From Cyanobacteria bacterium J06626_4 (lineage in GTDB: Bacteria; Cyanobacteriota; Cyanobacteriia; Phormidesmidales; Phormidesmidaceae): a DNA stretch of 44,165 nt. Below are positions 9,252-18,206 of the stretch, in pieces. The position numbers and the translations under genes are program-made. The notes beneath the pieces were generated by a model that saw nothing but the letters and a program-made list of their open reading frames with translations, ran no database searches and had not been told where the DNA came from. The stretch lies in contig JBCBJQ010000043.1 of assembly GCA_038523235.1 (NCBI GenBank), positions 1 through 44,165 on the forward strand. The letters run 5' to 3'. Numbering within the stretch: the stretch's first letter is position 1; the number at the start of each line of letters is the position of its first letter.

Positions 9252-9878
9252 TCAACCAGAACACATACCGTGAGCCATGAAAGTTACTAGATTCGAGATC
9301 GTCTCTTGAATATCTTTGGGCCGGTTGCTCTGCAACAAAGCATTAGGTTTTCCCGCCTGCATCTGCACCTGGATTAGCGCTGCGATAACGATATCAAGCT
9401 TCCACTCAAGTTGCGATCGCGACTGATTGGGCAGTGCTCGCTGCAAGACATCCAAAAATAATTCAGCGCTAGCGCTGAACTCTTCACGAGCAATGCTTTG
9501 AACGGGTTCCGGTTCGGTGCGACAACGCCCCATAAACTGAGCCCGCACGATACGCGAACTTTCGCCGCCACTAATGAATTCCAAGGGCGATGTCAGGAAT
9601 GCCGTCAGGAGATCTTCAACCGAAGGAACCACAGTCTTTTGCTTCAGCTGATTGAGCATATCAAGTTGGCGGGCAACGACTGGCTTGGCAATGCGTTGAA
9701 CCACCGCCCGAAACAGATCCTCCTTAGAACCAAAATGGTAGTGAACAGCGGCCAAGTTGACGCCTGCAGCGCTGGCAATATTGCGTAGTGTCGTGCCAGC
9801 AAAGGCTTTCTCCGCGATCAGGTACTCGGTCGCATCCAAAATTTGAGTTTTAGTGTCGGTTGCAGTGGCGTTGCTCAT
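9252..9878 (-). CDS. TetR-family transcriptional regulator, PsrA-like
   Basis: N-terminal HTH TKTQILDATEYLIAEKAFAGTTLRNIASAAGVNLAAVHYHFGSKEDL. Divergent from the RND operon. Confidence 0.92.
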   Translation of the reverse strand: MSNATATDTKTQILDATEYLIAEKAFAGTTLRNIASAAGVNLAAVHYHFGSKEDLFRAVVQRIAKPVVARQLDMLNQLKQKTVVPSVEDLLTAFLTSPLEFISGGESSRIVRAQFMGRCRTEPEPVQSIAREEFSASAELFLDVLQRALPNQSRSQLEWKLDIVIAALIQVQMQAGKPNALLQSNRPKDIQETISNLVTFMAHGMCSG

Positions 9879-9879
9879 T

Positions 9880-10166
9880 TTATTCAAACGTTTGAATGAT
9901 ATTTATATTGCGCGAGAATCCATGTGGCCGGAGGTTGGGAGGTTTCGCCGTCATTCCTTGCTCTGCCAATAATTGAATTCTCCTTGTCATTTTATCAAAC
10001 GTACGTTTTAATTTTATCAAGCGCACGTTTGAATCTTGCCTCAAGTGAGCACATCTTACCTCAAGTCCTGAGTGGATGAACTTTCATTCAAGGTTGAGGA
10101 GGCCAGGACAGGGAGATCAGGGCTAAGTTTGCATTGATCTATCCCAAATATGAAACGTACGTTTGA
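9880..10166. promoter_or_regulatory. Divergent TetR/RND promoter with several TCAAAC-N4-GTTTGA operators
   Basis: TCAAACGTACGTTTTA (9995-10010), TCAAGCGCACGTTTGA (10017-10032), TGAAACGTACGTTTGA (10151-10166), and perfect palindrome ATTCAAACGTTTGAAT (9882-9897) abutting the TetR start. Confidence 0.75.
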
Positions 10167-10195
10167 TTTATTTTGTTCCTATCGTGGAGTTACTT

Positions 10196-11542
10196 ATGAC
10201 TGTTCATTCACCGCCATCCCATTCAGAGGCGATGCACTTTGCCAGAAAGGCGCTCAAGCGAATTCATCGTCATCCCAAAACGGCTGCTGGAGCAGGGGCG
10301 ATCGCCCTGCTGCTGGTGGTCGGGGTTCCTGTTGCCAGGATGCAGTTGACCCACTCTGATACCTCGGTTGCGGAAGCGGGTGAGCCGACGGTGACTTCTG
10401 TGGAAACGCTGACGGTAGAAACAGTTGACGGCTATGACACGACCCGAGCCTATACCGGAGCAATCGCCGCCCTGAGAGCGAGTGATTTAGGGTTTGAGCG
10501 GGGTGGGGAACTGGTCGCCGTTTTAGTGGAAGAAGGCGATCGCGTCGCTGCCGGGGCACCGCTGGCGCAACTCGACATCAGTAATCTACAAACTCAGCGG
10601 CAGCAGCTCGAAGCCGATCAAGCCCAAGCTCTGGCCGTACTCTTGGAACTGGAAGCGGGGCCCCGAGTAGAGGACATCGCAGCGGCTGCAGCCACCGTTC
10701 GTCAACTGGAACAAGAGTTGGCGCTGCAGCGCACCCAGCGATCGCGGCGAGAATTTCTTTATGAGCGCGGGGCGGTTTCTCGCGAAGAACTCGATGAATT
10801 TGCCTATGGTCAAGGAGCCTTGCAAGCGCAGCTCGATCAGGCCCGCAGCCATCTGGAAGAGTTGCAAAACGGCACTCGCCAAGAACAGATTTTGGCCCAG
10901 CGAGCTGTGGTGCAGAAGCTAGAGGCGGCGATCGCGGATGTTGACGTGAACATTCAAAAAAGCACGGTGCGATCGCCTTTCGTCGGAATTATCGCTGACC
11001 GTCAGATGGATGAAGGGACCGTGATTGGGGCAGGGCAATCAGTCGTTCGTTTAGTCGAAGATGCTGCCCCCGAAGCGCGCATCGGCATGCCGGTGGCGAC
11101 GGCTAGTCAGCTGCAGTTGGGCGATACCCAGCCGGTGAAGCTAGATGCCGAGACCTTTACCGCTACGGTCACAGCGGTATTGCCTGAAGTTGATCCCGAA
11201 ACCCGCACCCAAATGGTCGTGTTTCAGCTTGATCAAGCCGCTGTTCCCAGCATTAATCCTGGTCAAATAGTGCGGGTCGAAATTACTGAAACCATTCCCA
11301 CTGCAGGGACATGGTTGCCGACTGCGGCCCTGACTCAAGACATTCGGGGCTTGTGGAGCGCTTACGTGCTTACCGCTGTCGACGCAGACGGCACGTACGA
11401 AGTTCAGCCCCAATCCGTCGAAATTCTACATCAGGAAAGTGATCGAGCCTTGGTGCGAGGAACGCTACAGCCGGGCGATCGCGTCGTGGCTGATGGAGTT
11501 CATCGCTTGGTTCCAGGTCAACAGGTAAAGCCGATTGAATGA
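10196..11542 (+). CDS. RND efflux periplasmic adaptor (membrane fusion protein)
   Basis: N-terminal TM anchor, lipoyl halves (GFERGGELVAVLVEEGDRV; RSPFVGIIA), long coiled coil, C-terminal LQPGDRVVADG. GGAG RBS before ATG 10196. Confidence 0.93.
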   Translation: MTVHSPPSHSEAMHFARKALKRIHRHPKTAAGAGAIALLLVVGVPVARMQLTHSDTSVAEAGEPTVTSVETLTVETVDGYDTTRAYTGAIAALRASDLGFERGGELVAVLVEEGDRVAAGAPLAQLDISNLQTQRQQLEADQAQALAVLLELEAGPRVEDIAAAAATVRQLEQELALQRTQRSRREFLYERGAVSREELDEFAYGQGALQAQLDQARSHLEELQNGTRQEQILAQRAVVQKLEAAIADVDVNIQKSTVRSPFVGIIADRQMDEGTVIGAGQSVVRLVEDAAPEARIGMPVATASQLQLGDTQPVKLDAETFTATVTAVLPEVDPETRTQMVVFQLDQAAVPSINPGQIVRVEITETIPTAGTWLPTAALTQDIRGLWSAYVLTAVDADGTYEVQPQSVEILHQESDRALVRGTLQPGDRVVADGVHRLVPGQQVKPIE

Positions 11543-11633
11543 GTTCGGAATTTGGAATCCGGAGTTCGGAGTTCGGAGTTCGGAGTTCGGAGTTCGGAGT
11601 TCGGAGTTCGGAATTCGGAAATGAGGAAATGAG
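11541..11633 (+). repeat. STRR-like heptamer tandem repeat (GAGTTCG)x11 followed by (GAAATGAG)x2
   Basis: Eleven 7-mer units at 11541-11617 (seven consecutive perfect), then two 8-mers, between the adaptor and the RND permease. Confidence 0.9.
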
Positions 11634-11699
11634 GAATGCACAAAGCTCTCCCCCTCTCTCCCTCTCATCCACTCAATTCTCACCCCCCTATTACCCACT

Positions 11700-14600
11700 A
11701 TGGTTCGCCCATTCTTTACTAATATTCGCTTGTTGATCCTGGCGATCGTGTTGATCCTCGCTTGGGGCTTTTCGGCCTATCAGGGGCTGCCGCGCCAGGA
11801 AGACCCCGAGCTAGTGGCCCGGACCGCTGTGGTCACGACTGTTTTTCCCGGTGCCAACGCCGAGCGGGTGGAAGCGCTGGTCACTACCGTTCTTGAAGAA
11901 GAACTGGCTGAAATCGAGGAAATCGAGACGCTGTCTTCGACGTCGCGGGTCGGATTTTCCAGCGTGGTGGTCGAGCTCCTCGACTCGGTCACCGATGCCC
12001 AGCCGATCTGGTCAAAGGTGCGAGATGAAATGGCTGATGCCGCCGCTCAATTCCCGGTTGGGGCGGCTGAGCCAGAGCTCGAAGAGAGCAACATGAAGGC
12101 CTACACCCTGATCACGTCGCTAACGTGGAATCTGCCCGATGAGCCAAACTACGCTGTCTTACGCCGCTATGCCGAAGAACTCGCGATCATCATGCGCGGT
12201 ATCGACGGCACGGAAGAAGTGGAGTTTTTTGGTAGCCCACAGGAAGAGATTCTAGTTGAAATCGATCCGGCAGAACTGGTCGGCGTGGGCCTGTCGCCGC
12301 AGCAGTTGGCAAATCAGGTCAGCCTCAGCGATGCCAAGGTGAGCGCTGGACAGCTGCGCAGCGCCGATCAGACTGTCGCAATGGAAGTTGAAAGCGAACT
12401 GGAAACGCTGGAGCAGATTCGCCAAATTCCGGTACAGACAGGTGATGGACAGTTCACGCGCCTGAGCGATATCGCCAGCGTGAGTCGCGGGGTGCGCTAT
12501 CCGCTCATTGAGCAGGCCATCATTAGCGGCAAGCCTGGTGTTGTGTTAGGCACCATGATGAAGTCCGGGCTGCGCGTTGATCAGTGGGCTGCCGCAGCCA
12601 AGGCTGAACTGGCCGCTTTTGGCGATCGCATGCCCCAAGGGGTGAGCTTAGACACCATTTTTGACCAGAGTGCATACGTCGCTGAGCGCATCAATACGCT
12701 CATCCTCAACCTCATCATTAGTGCGGCTCTGGTGGTGGTGGTGACGTTGGTCACGATGGGTTGGCGATCGGCCATCGTCGTGGGCACTGCCCTGCCGATG
12801 ACGATTTTTGCGGTATTCGGCTGGTTCACGGTCTTTAATGTGCCGATTCATCAGATGTCGGTGACGGGGTTGATCATTGCCTTGGGTCTGCTAATCGACA
12901 ATGCGATCGTCGTGGTGGACGAAATTCAGGTCGAGATGCAGCACGGCGACGCGCCCCTGGAGGCGGTGACGAAAACCGTGAAGTATCTGCAGGTGCCGCT
13001 GATGGCCTCAACCCTGACCACGGTGCTGACGTTTTTACCCATCTATCTATTACCTGGAGCACCGGGCGAATTTGTGGGGGCGATCGCCCTCAGCGTGATT
13101 CTGTCGCTGGTGTCATCGTTGGCCATCTCCCTGACGGTGATTGCCGCCCTGGCGGGACGGATGCTGGGCGACAGCGGTCGCCAATACGAAGCGGCACAGC
13201 AAAAGTCGCAGCGCGGGTTCCGGGACCAGCTGATCCTAGTGATGATGAAGCCCGGCGTCTGGTGGAATGATGGCCTCACGCTACCGGCGCTGGCAAGGCC
13301 CTACCGCTGGTCGATTGGGCGGGTGGCGGCGCGCCCCCTATTCGCGGTGGCGCTGACCATGACGGTTCCCCTAATCGGCTTCATTGCGGCTCCCACCCTG
13401 GAAAATCAGTTTTTTCCCCTGCTCGATCGCGATCAGTTTCACATCGAGATCGAATTTTCCTCCCAAACGGCGATCGCCCGCACCGAGCAGCAGGTGCTGC
13501 AGGCCCGCGAGGTGATCTTGCAGCATGAGAACGTCGAAGACGTCCACTGGTTTGTCGGCGAAAGCGTCGCCAAGTTCTACTACAACCTCACCGGTCAACG
13601 GGAGAACCAGTCGTACTATGCCCAAGCGATGGTGCAGCTGCAGTCGGATGAGGGGGTAGACGCTCTGGTGCGGGAGCTGCAAACGGAGCTGAGTGAGATG
13701 ATGCCAGCGGCGCGTGTGCTCGTGCGCAAGTTTCAGCAGGGCCCGCCGTTTGATGCGCCGGTAGAAATGCGGATTTATGGCCCCAACATCGACGAACTGC
13801 GCCGTTTGGGCATGGAAGTGCGGGCGCTGGCGACGACGATTACTGATGTCATCTCCGTGCGCGACGATTTGACCGAGGGCCGACCCAAGCTCGGTCTAGT
13901 GGTCGATAACGAACAGGTGCAGCAAGCCGGACTGAATAACACCGCGATCGCGCAACAGTTGTCCGCCTACTCTGAAGGAGTGACCGGCGGCGCAATTCTA
14001 GAATCCACCGAGAACCTGCCGGTGCGCGTGCGACTCACTAACCAAGATCGCGCCAGCTTGGCATCTCTCGCCTCGTTGGATTTGCGGCCTGACCAGGGTC
14101 GAGATCGCGCCTTTCGCCCCACCTCGGCCCTGGGTGAGTTTGACCTTTTGCCCGAGCTGTCCAGCATCGCCCGCCGCGAAGAGCAACGGGTGAATACCGT
14201 GCAGATCTTCATCACCTCTGGGGTGTTGCCCGAGACGGTGTTGACGGCTCTGCAAGACAGGCTTGCAGCGGAGAATTTTGAGCTGCCGCCCGGTTACCGC
14301 TATGAGTTCGGCGGCGAGTATGAAGAACGCAGCTCGGCGGTTGGTGACCTGATGCTGTATGTCCCCTTGCTGGTATTGGTCATGGTCACCGCGCTCGTGC
14401 TGTCGCTGGGGTCGTTTCGGCAGGCAGGCATTGTAGGAGCCGTCGCCGTGGGCTCAGTCGGCATGGCCCTCTTTTCGCTCAAGGCGTTTGGTTCACTGCT
14501 CGGCTTTATGGCGATCGTCGGCACAATGGGCCTGGTGGGCATCGCTATCAACGGCTCCATCATTGTGCTCTCGGCCTTAAATGAAGATGCCGAGGCCCGG

Positions 14601-14897
14601 CAGGGCCAGCCCAAAGCGGTGCAGGCCGTGGTGATGAAAGCCAGTCGTCACGTCATCGCCACCACAATTACGACGATGGTGGGCTTCGTGCCCCTGCTGG
14701 CCGATGGTGACCCCTTTTGGCAACCGCTGGCGATCGCGATCGCGGGGGGGATTGGCGGCTCACCGATTCTGGCGCTGTACTTCACTCCGGCAGCCTTTTT
14801 GTTGGTCGGCGTTCAGCATCGCCAGTCGAGCAATGTGCCGCCCCAGCCCCCGGGCAAAAAAGCCGAGCACCTTTCCCCGTCCAACTTTCCAGTATGA
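11700..14897 (+). CDS. RND efflux transporter permease (AcrB/AcrD/AcrF family)
   Basis: 1065 aa; LPRQEDPE, TVFPGANAERVEALVT, TM4 GLLIDNAIVVVD, two-fold TM/periplasmic architecture, PLAIAIAGG. Confidence 0.95.
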   Translation: MVRPFFTNIRLLILAIVLILAWGFSAYQGLPRQEDPELVARTAVVTTVFPGANAERVEALVTTVLEEELAEIEEIETLSSTSRVGFSSVVVELLDSVTDAQPIWSKVRDEMADAAAQFPVGAAEPELEESNMKAYTLITSLTWNLPDEPNYAVLRRYAEELAIIMRGIDGTEEVEFFGSPQEEILVEIDPAELVGVGLSPQQLANQVSLSDAKVSAGQLRSADQTVAMEVESELETLEQIRQIPVQTGDGQFTRLSDIASVSRGVRYPLIEQAIISGKPGVVLGTMMKSGLRVDQWAAAAKAELAAFGDRMPQGVSLDTIFDQSAYVAERINTLILNLIISAALVVVVTLVTMGWRSAIVVGTALPMTIFAVFGWFTVFNVPIHQMSVTGLIIALGLLIDNAIVVVDEIQVEMQHGDAPLEAVTKTVKYLQVPLMASTLTTVLTFLPIYLLPGAPGEFVGAIALSVILSLVSSLAISLTVIAALAGRMLGDSGRQYEAAQQKSQRGFRDQLILVMMKPGVWWNDGLTLPALARPYRWSIGRVAARPLFAVALTMTVPLIGFIAAPTLENQFFPLLDRDQFHIEIEFSSQTAIARTEQQVLQAREVILQHENVEDVHWFVGESVAKFYYNLTGQRENQSYYAQAMVQLQSDEGVDALVRELQTELSEMMPAARVLVRKFQQGPPFDAPVEMRIYGPNIDELRRLGMEVRALATTITDVISVRDDLTEGRPKLGLVVDNEQVQQAGLNNTAIAQQLSAYSEGVTGGAILESTENLPVRVRLTNQDRASLASLASLDLRPDQGRDRAFRPTSALGEFDLLPELSSIARREEQRVNTVQIFITSGVLPETVLTALQDRLAAENFELPPGYRYEFGGEYEERSSAVGDLMLYVPLLVLVMVTALVLSLGSFRQAGIVGAVAVGSVGMALFSLKAFGSLLGFMAIVGTMGLVGIAINGSIIVLSALNEDAEARQGQPKAVQAVVMKASRHVIATTITTMVGFVPLLADGDPFWQPLAIAIAGGIGGSPILALYFTPAAFLLVGVQHRQSSNVPPQPPGKKAEHLSPSNFPV

Positions 14898-14904
14898 AGC
14901 AGCT

Positions 14905-14942
14905 ACAGAAGCTTACAGATCCGACAGAAGCTTACAGATCCG
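14905..14942 (+). repeat. Perfect 19 bp tandem duplication (ACAGAAGCTTACAGATCCG)x2
   Basis: Read directly in the gap between the RND permease and the ATPase. Confidence 0.9.
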
Positions 14943-14994
14943 TTTGTTTGAACCTATTTATTCGGTCAAATCCAATTTAGGAGTCTATAAACGC

Positions 14995-17736
14995 ATGTTT
15001 TCACCCAGAATCAATTCCCAAACTATTGAAGCTGAGCGGTCTTGGCATCATCTACCGGCTAGCGATGTTCTGTCACAGCTCAAAACGGACACGACTGACG
15101 GCCTCAGCTTGTCTGCAGTTATACAGCGACAGGGGCAGTTTGGCGACAATACCCTGACCAAAATCGAGCGCAAAAGCCTGCTCAAGATTTGGCTGGAGCA
15201 GTTCCAAAGTCCACTGATTTACGTCTTGGTCATTGCCGCCATCATTACTTTCCTATTGCAGGAATGGGTTGATGCCAGTGTCATTTCTATTGTGGTGATT
15301 TTGAATGCGCTGATTGGCTTTGGGCAAGAAGCCAAGGCCACGCGAGCGATGGAGGCATTGAGCCGGTCGATGCAGAGCCAAGCGACGGTGATTCGCCGGG
15401 GCGAAAAGCAGCAAATTCCAGCCGTTGAACTGGTTCCGGGTGACCTGGTGCTGTTGCAGTCAGGCGATAAAGTGCCCGCCGATTTGCGTCTGCTGACGAG
15501 TCAGTCACTCCAGGTTAACGAGTCGGCATTGACGGGTGAGTCGGTGCCGGTTGAGAAGCAAATTATCGATCACCTGGCGGCAGAAACGGTGCTGGGAGAT
15601 CGCGTCAACATGGCCTATTCTTCTACTTTTATCACCTTTGGCACTGGCAGAGGGGTCGTGGTAGCGACGGGCGATCAGACTGAGATCGGTCAGATTGGTC
15701 AGCTCATGGCCTCGGTGGAAGAGCAGGAAACTAATCTGACTCGCCAGATGGGTCAGCTTAGCCAACTTTTGCTGAAGGTGATCTTGGTGCTGGCGGTCAT
15801 CAACTTTGGTGTGGGCTTATTACACGGCTCTGACTTCCATCACATGTTTGAGGCCACTATTTCCCTAATGGTCGGCATGATTCCCGAAGGACTCCCAGCG
15901 ATTGTGACCATCGCCCTGGCGATCGGGGTCTCGCGAATGGCCCGGCAGCACGCCATCATTCGCAAGCTCCCGGCCGTAGAAACGTTGGGCAGCGTGACCG
16001 TCATCTGCTCCGATAAAACCGGCACCCTTACCCAAAACGAAATGACCGTGCAGGCCATTTGGGCGGGAGGTGAACACTTTCAGGTGGCGGGTGGTGGCTA
16101 TGCCCCCGAGGGGAAATTCTATACTGCCGACCAGCCGATTCACCCCGAAGCCTACCCTGCGCTCCTGGAGTGTTTGCGGGCCGGGGCTCTCTGCAATGAT
16201 TCGCGGCTCGTGGCGGACGAGGCGAGTTGGCGCGCAGAAGGCGACCCGACGGAAGTGGCGCTGCTCACCAGCGCTGCCAAAGCCGATTTAACGGCTCGTA
16301 GTATCGAGGCTGAGTATCCTCGCCTGAGCGAGATTCCCTTTGAGTCGGACTATCAGTACATGGCGACCCTGCATCGGCGCGAGGGCACACCCTGCACCGT
16401 GGCGTATCTCAAGGGGGCAGTGGAGCAACTGCTGCCGCGCTGCCAGTACCGGGTTGACGACAAGGGTCAGTCTCAGCCCATTACCAGGGCCACCGTCGAG
16501 CCCATAGCCCACGACCTGGCGGCCCAAGGGCTGCGAGTGCTAGCCCTGGCGCGGCTGGACTTACCTGCCGACACCGTCAGGATTGACCATGACATCGTGG
16601 CCACGGAGCTCACCTTTTTAGGCTTGCAGGCCATGATTGACCCGCCCCGCGTCGAAGCGATTGAAGCGGTTCAAGTGTGTCAGGCCGCCGGCATTGACGT
16701 GAAGATGATCACTGGCGACCACATGGGTACCGCGATCGCGATCGGTCAGCAAATCGGTCTGGTCAATACGACCACTGACACTGATCAGCCCCTGGCCGTT
16801 AACAGTCGTGACCTGGAAAATCTGTCTCAGGAAGCGTTGGTTGAAACCGTGGACCAGGTGTCGGTGTTTGCTCGCGTCACCCCCAAACAAAAGCTGCGGC
16901 TCGTCGAGGCGCTGCAGCATCGTGGCCAAATCGCAGCGATGACGGGGGATGGCAGTAACGATGCCCCGGCTTTGCAACAGGCTGACGTGGGCGTGGCCAT
17001 GGGCATCACGGGCACGGAGGTGGCCAAGGAAGCCGCTGACATGGTGCTCACCGACGACAACTTTGCCACCCTCAAAGCGGCTGTCGAGGAAGGGCGCAGC
17101 GTGTTTGACAACATTGCGAAGGCGGTAATCTGGACGCTGCCCACCAACTTTGGGGAAGGACTGATCATTCTGGTCGCGACCTTACTAGGATTGGCGCTGC
17201 CGATTACGCCCCTGCAAATTCTGTGGATTAACACCGTCACTGCCGTGCTGCTGGGGTCAACCCTAGTGATGGAGCCCAAAGAGCCGGGATTGATGCAGCG
17301 ATCGCCCCGTCCACCGCGCTCCCCGCTCCTGAGGAAAGTCACCATCCGACGCATTTTTATCACTGGGGTGCTGTTAGCGACCTTCACCTTCACGACGTTC
17401 AACATTGCGCTCGGTCAAGGACAGCCGCTGCCCACCGCCCGAACGGTTGCTGTTAATACGCTAGTCGGGGGTGAAATTGCGATGTTGTTGGGCTTTCGGT
17501 CCCTGAAGTATTCGCTGCTAGAAATCGGACTGTTCAGCAATCCATGGGTTTGGGGCGGCATTGGCTCGGCGATCGCCCTACAGCTCTTGCTGACCTATGC
17601 GCCTTGGATGAACTTCATTTTTCAAACGGCCCCGATCCCACCGACTGCTTGGAGCTTGGTGCTCGCCAGCATGGCGGCATTTTATGGCCTCATCGAAGCG
17701 GATAAGCGGCTGCAGCGTCACGCAACTAGACGTTAG
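14995..17736 (+). CDS. Cation-transporting P-type ATPase (P2, PacL/CtpF-like)
   Basis: TGES, IPEGL, phosphorylation site [34 protein letters not shown] before ATG 14995; the ORF-track start at 14704 overlaps the RND gene. Confidence 0.95.
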   Translation: MFSPRINSQTIEAERSWHHLPASDVLSQLKTDTTDGLSLSAVIQRQGQFGDNTLTKIERKSLLKIWLEQFQSPLIYVLVIAAIITFLLQEWVDASVISIVVILNALIGFGQEAKATRAMEALSRSMQSQATVIRRGEKQQIPAVELVPGDLVLLQSGDKVPADLRLLTSQSLQVNESALTGESVPVEKQIIDHLAAETVLGDRVNMAYSSTFITFGTGRGVVVATGDQTEIGQIGQLMASVEEQETNLTRQMGQLSQLLLKVILVLAVINFGVGLLHGSDFHHMFEATISLMVGMIPEGLPAIVTIALAIGVSRMARQHAIIRKLPAVETLGSVTVICSDKTGTLTQNEMTVQAIWAGGEHFQVAGGGYAPEGKFYTADQPIHPEAYPALLECLRAGALCNDSRLVADEASWRAEGDPTEVALLTSAAKADLTARSIEAEYPRLSEIPFESDYQYMATLHRREGTPCTVAYLKGAVEQLLPRCQYRVDDKGQSQPITRATVEPIAHDLAAQGLRVLALARLDLPADTVRIDHDIVATELTFLGLQAMIDPPRVEAIEAVQVCQAAGIDVKMITGDHMGTAIAIGQQIGLVNTTTDTDQPLAVNSRDLENLSQEALVETVDQVSVFARVTPKQKLRLVEALQHRGQIAAMTGDGSNDAPALQQADVGVAMGITGTEVAKEAADMVLTDDNFATLKAAVEEGRSVFDNIAKAVIWTLPTNFGEGLIILVATLLGLALPITPLQILWINTVTAVLLGSTLVMEPKEPGLMQRSPRPPRSPLLRKVTIRRIFITGVLLATFTFTTFNIALGQGQPLPTARTVAVNTLVGGEIAMLLGFRSLKYSLLEIGLFSNPWVWGGIGSAIALQLLLTYAPWMNFIFQTAPIPPTAWSLVLASMAAFYGLIEADKRLQRHATRR

Positions 17737-17777
17737 CCCCCTCAACCCTCAGGAGGCAAACTTCTTTTTGCCAAAAT

Positions 17778-17793
17778 TCAAACAAACGTATGA
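17778..17793. promoter_or_regulatory. Candidate TetR operator upstream of the small-protein/antiporter unit
   Basis: TCAAACAAACGTATGA, one mismatch to TCAAAC-N4-GTTTGA, about 60 bp upstream of ATG 17856. Confidence 0.55.
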
Positions 17794-17855
17794 CTTAAAT
17801 ACAGAAAGTTTTGGAAAATTCTCAATACTCGATGGCAATCACGTAGGACAGACCC

Positions 17856-18206
17856 ATGCAATTTCCCCTTTGGCAATATCTCGATCAGCCCCTCTGGGAT
17901 CGCGATCGCCCCTTTGTTTTGAACCCGGTTGACTATTGGCGGCAGTATCGCCGTCAACATCTCAAACGCTGTCTCAGCAATGCTTTTCTAGAGCAGTGCT
18001 GGCAAGCAAACTATCCCGATTTCGTGATCAAGTACCAAGATTTTTGCACCCGCAATGCCTTAGAGGAAGAGCCGCGATGGCTGCTTGAGCGGTGCTGGCA
18101 CTGGCAACGGCGCTATCTCTATTCCGGCCAATTGGACCATCGCTTTACCCAACATCCCGAAACCCACGACATGGAAAGGAATCCTGATGATTTTTTCTAC
18201 AATTGA
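17856..18206 (+). CDS. Small Trp/Cys-rich hypothetical protein (FPLWQYL..QP / LxxCW repeats)
   Basis: AGGA RBS before the ATG; repeated LKRCL, LEQCW, LERCW; 3' end overlaps the antiporter start by 20 bp. Confidence 0.7.
   Translation: MQFPLWQYLDQPLWDRDRPFVLNPVDYWRQYRRQHLKRCLSNAFLEQCWQANYPDFVIKYQDFCTRNALEEEPRWLLERCWHWQRRYLYSGQLDHRFTQHPETHDMERNPDDFFYN

Noticed and set aside
8963..9280. Overlapping 105 aa and 95 aa ORFs between the PEP-CTERM gene and tetR
   Set aside because: No motifs, atypical composition, and they overlap each other and tetR.
11541..11617. Possible CRISPR array
   Set aside because: 7 bp units with no spacers and no cas genes. I saw no repeat-spacer array anywhere in the window.
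11370..11736. ORFs with SELRTPN / SSEFGVR repeats (11370-11672, 11465-11698, 11539-11736)
   Set aside because: Translations of the heptamer tandem repeat; they overlap real genes.
14704..14994. N-terminal extension of the ATPase in the ORF track
   Set aside because: Overlaps the RND gene and crosses the tandem duplication; an RBS supports ATG 14995.
17788..17802. Possible NtcA site or LysR box (GTATGACTTAAATAC)
   Set aside because: Spacing is GTA-N9-TAC, not N8. A T-N11-A match is too unspecific, and the overlapping TetR-type palindrome explains the region better.
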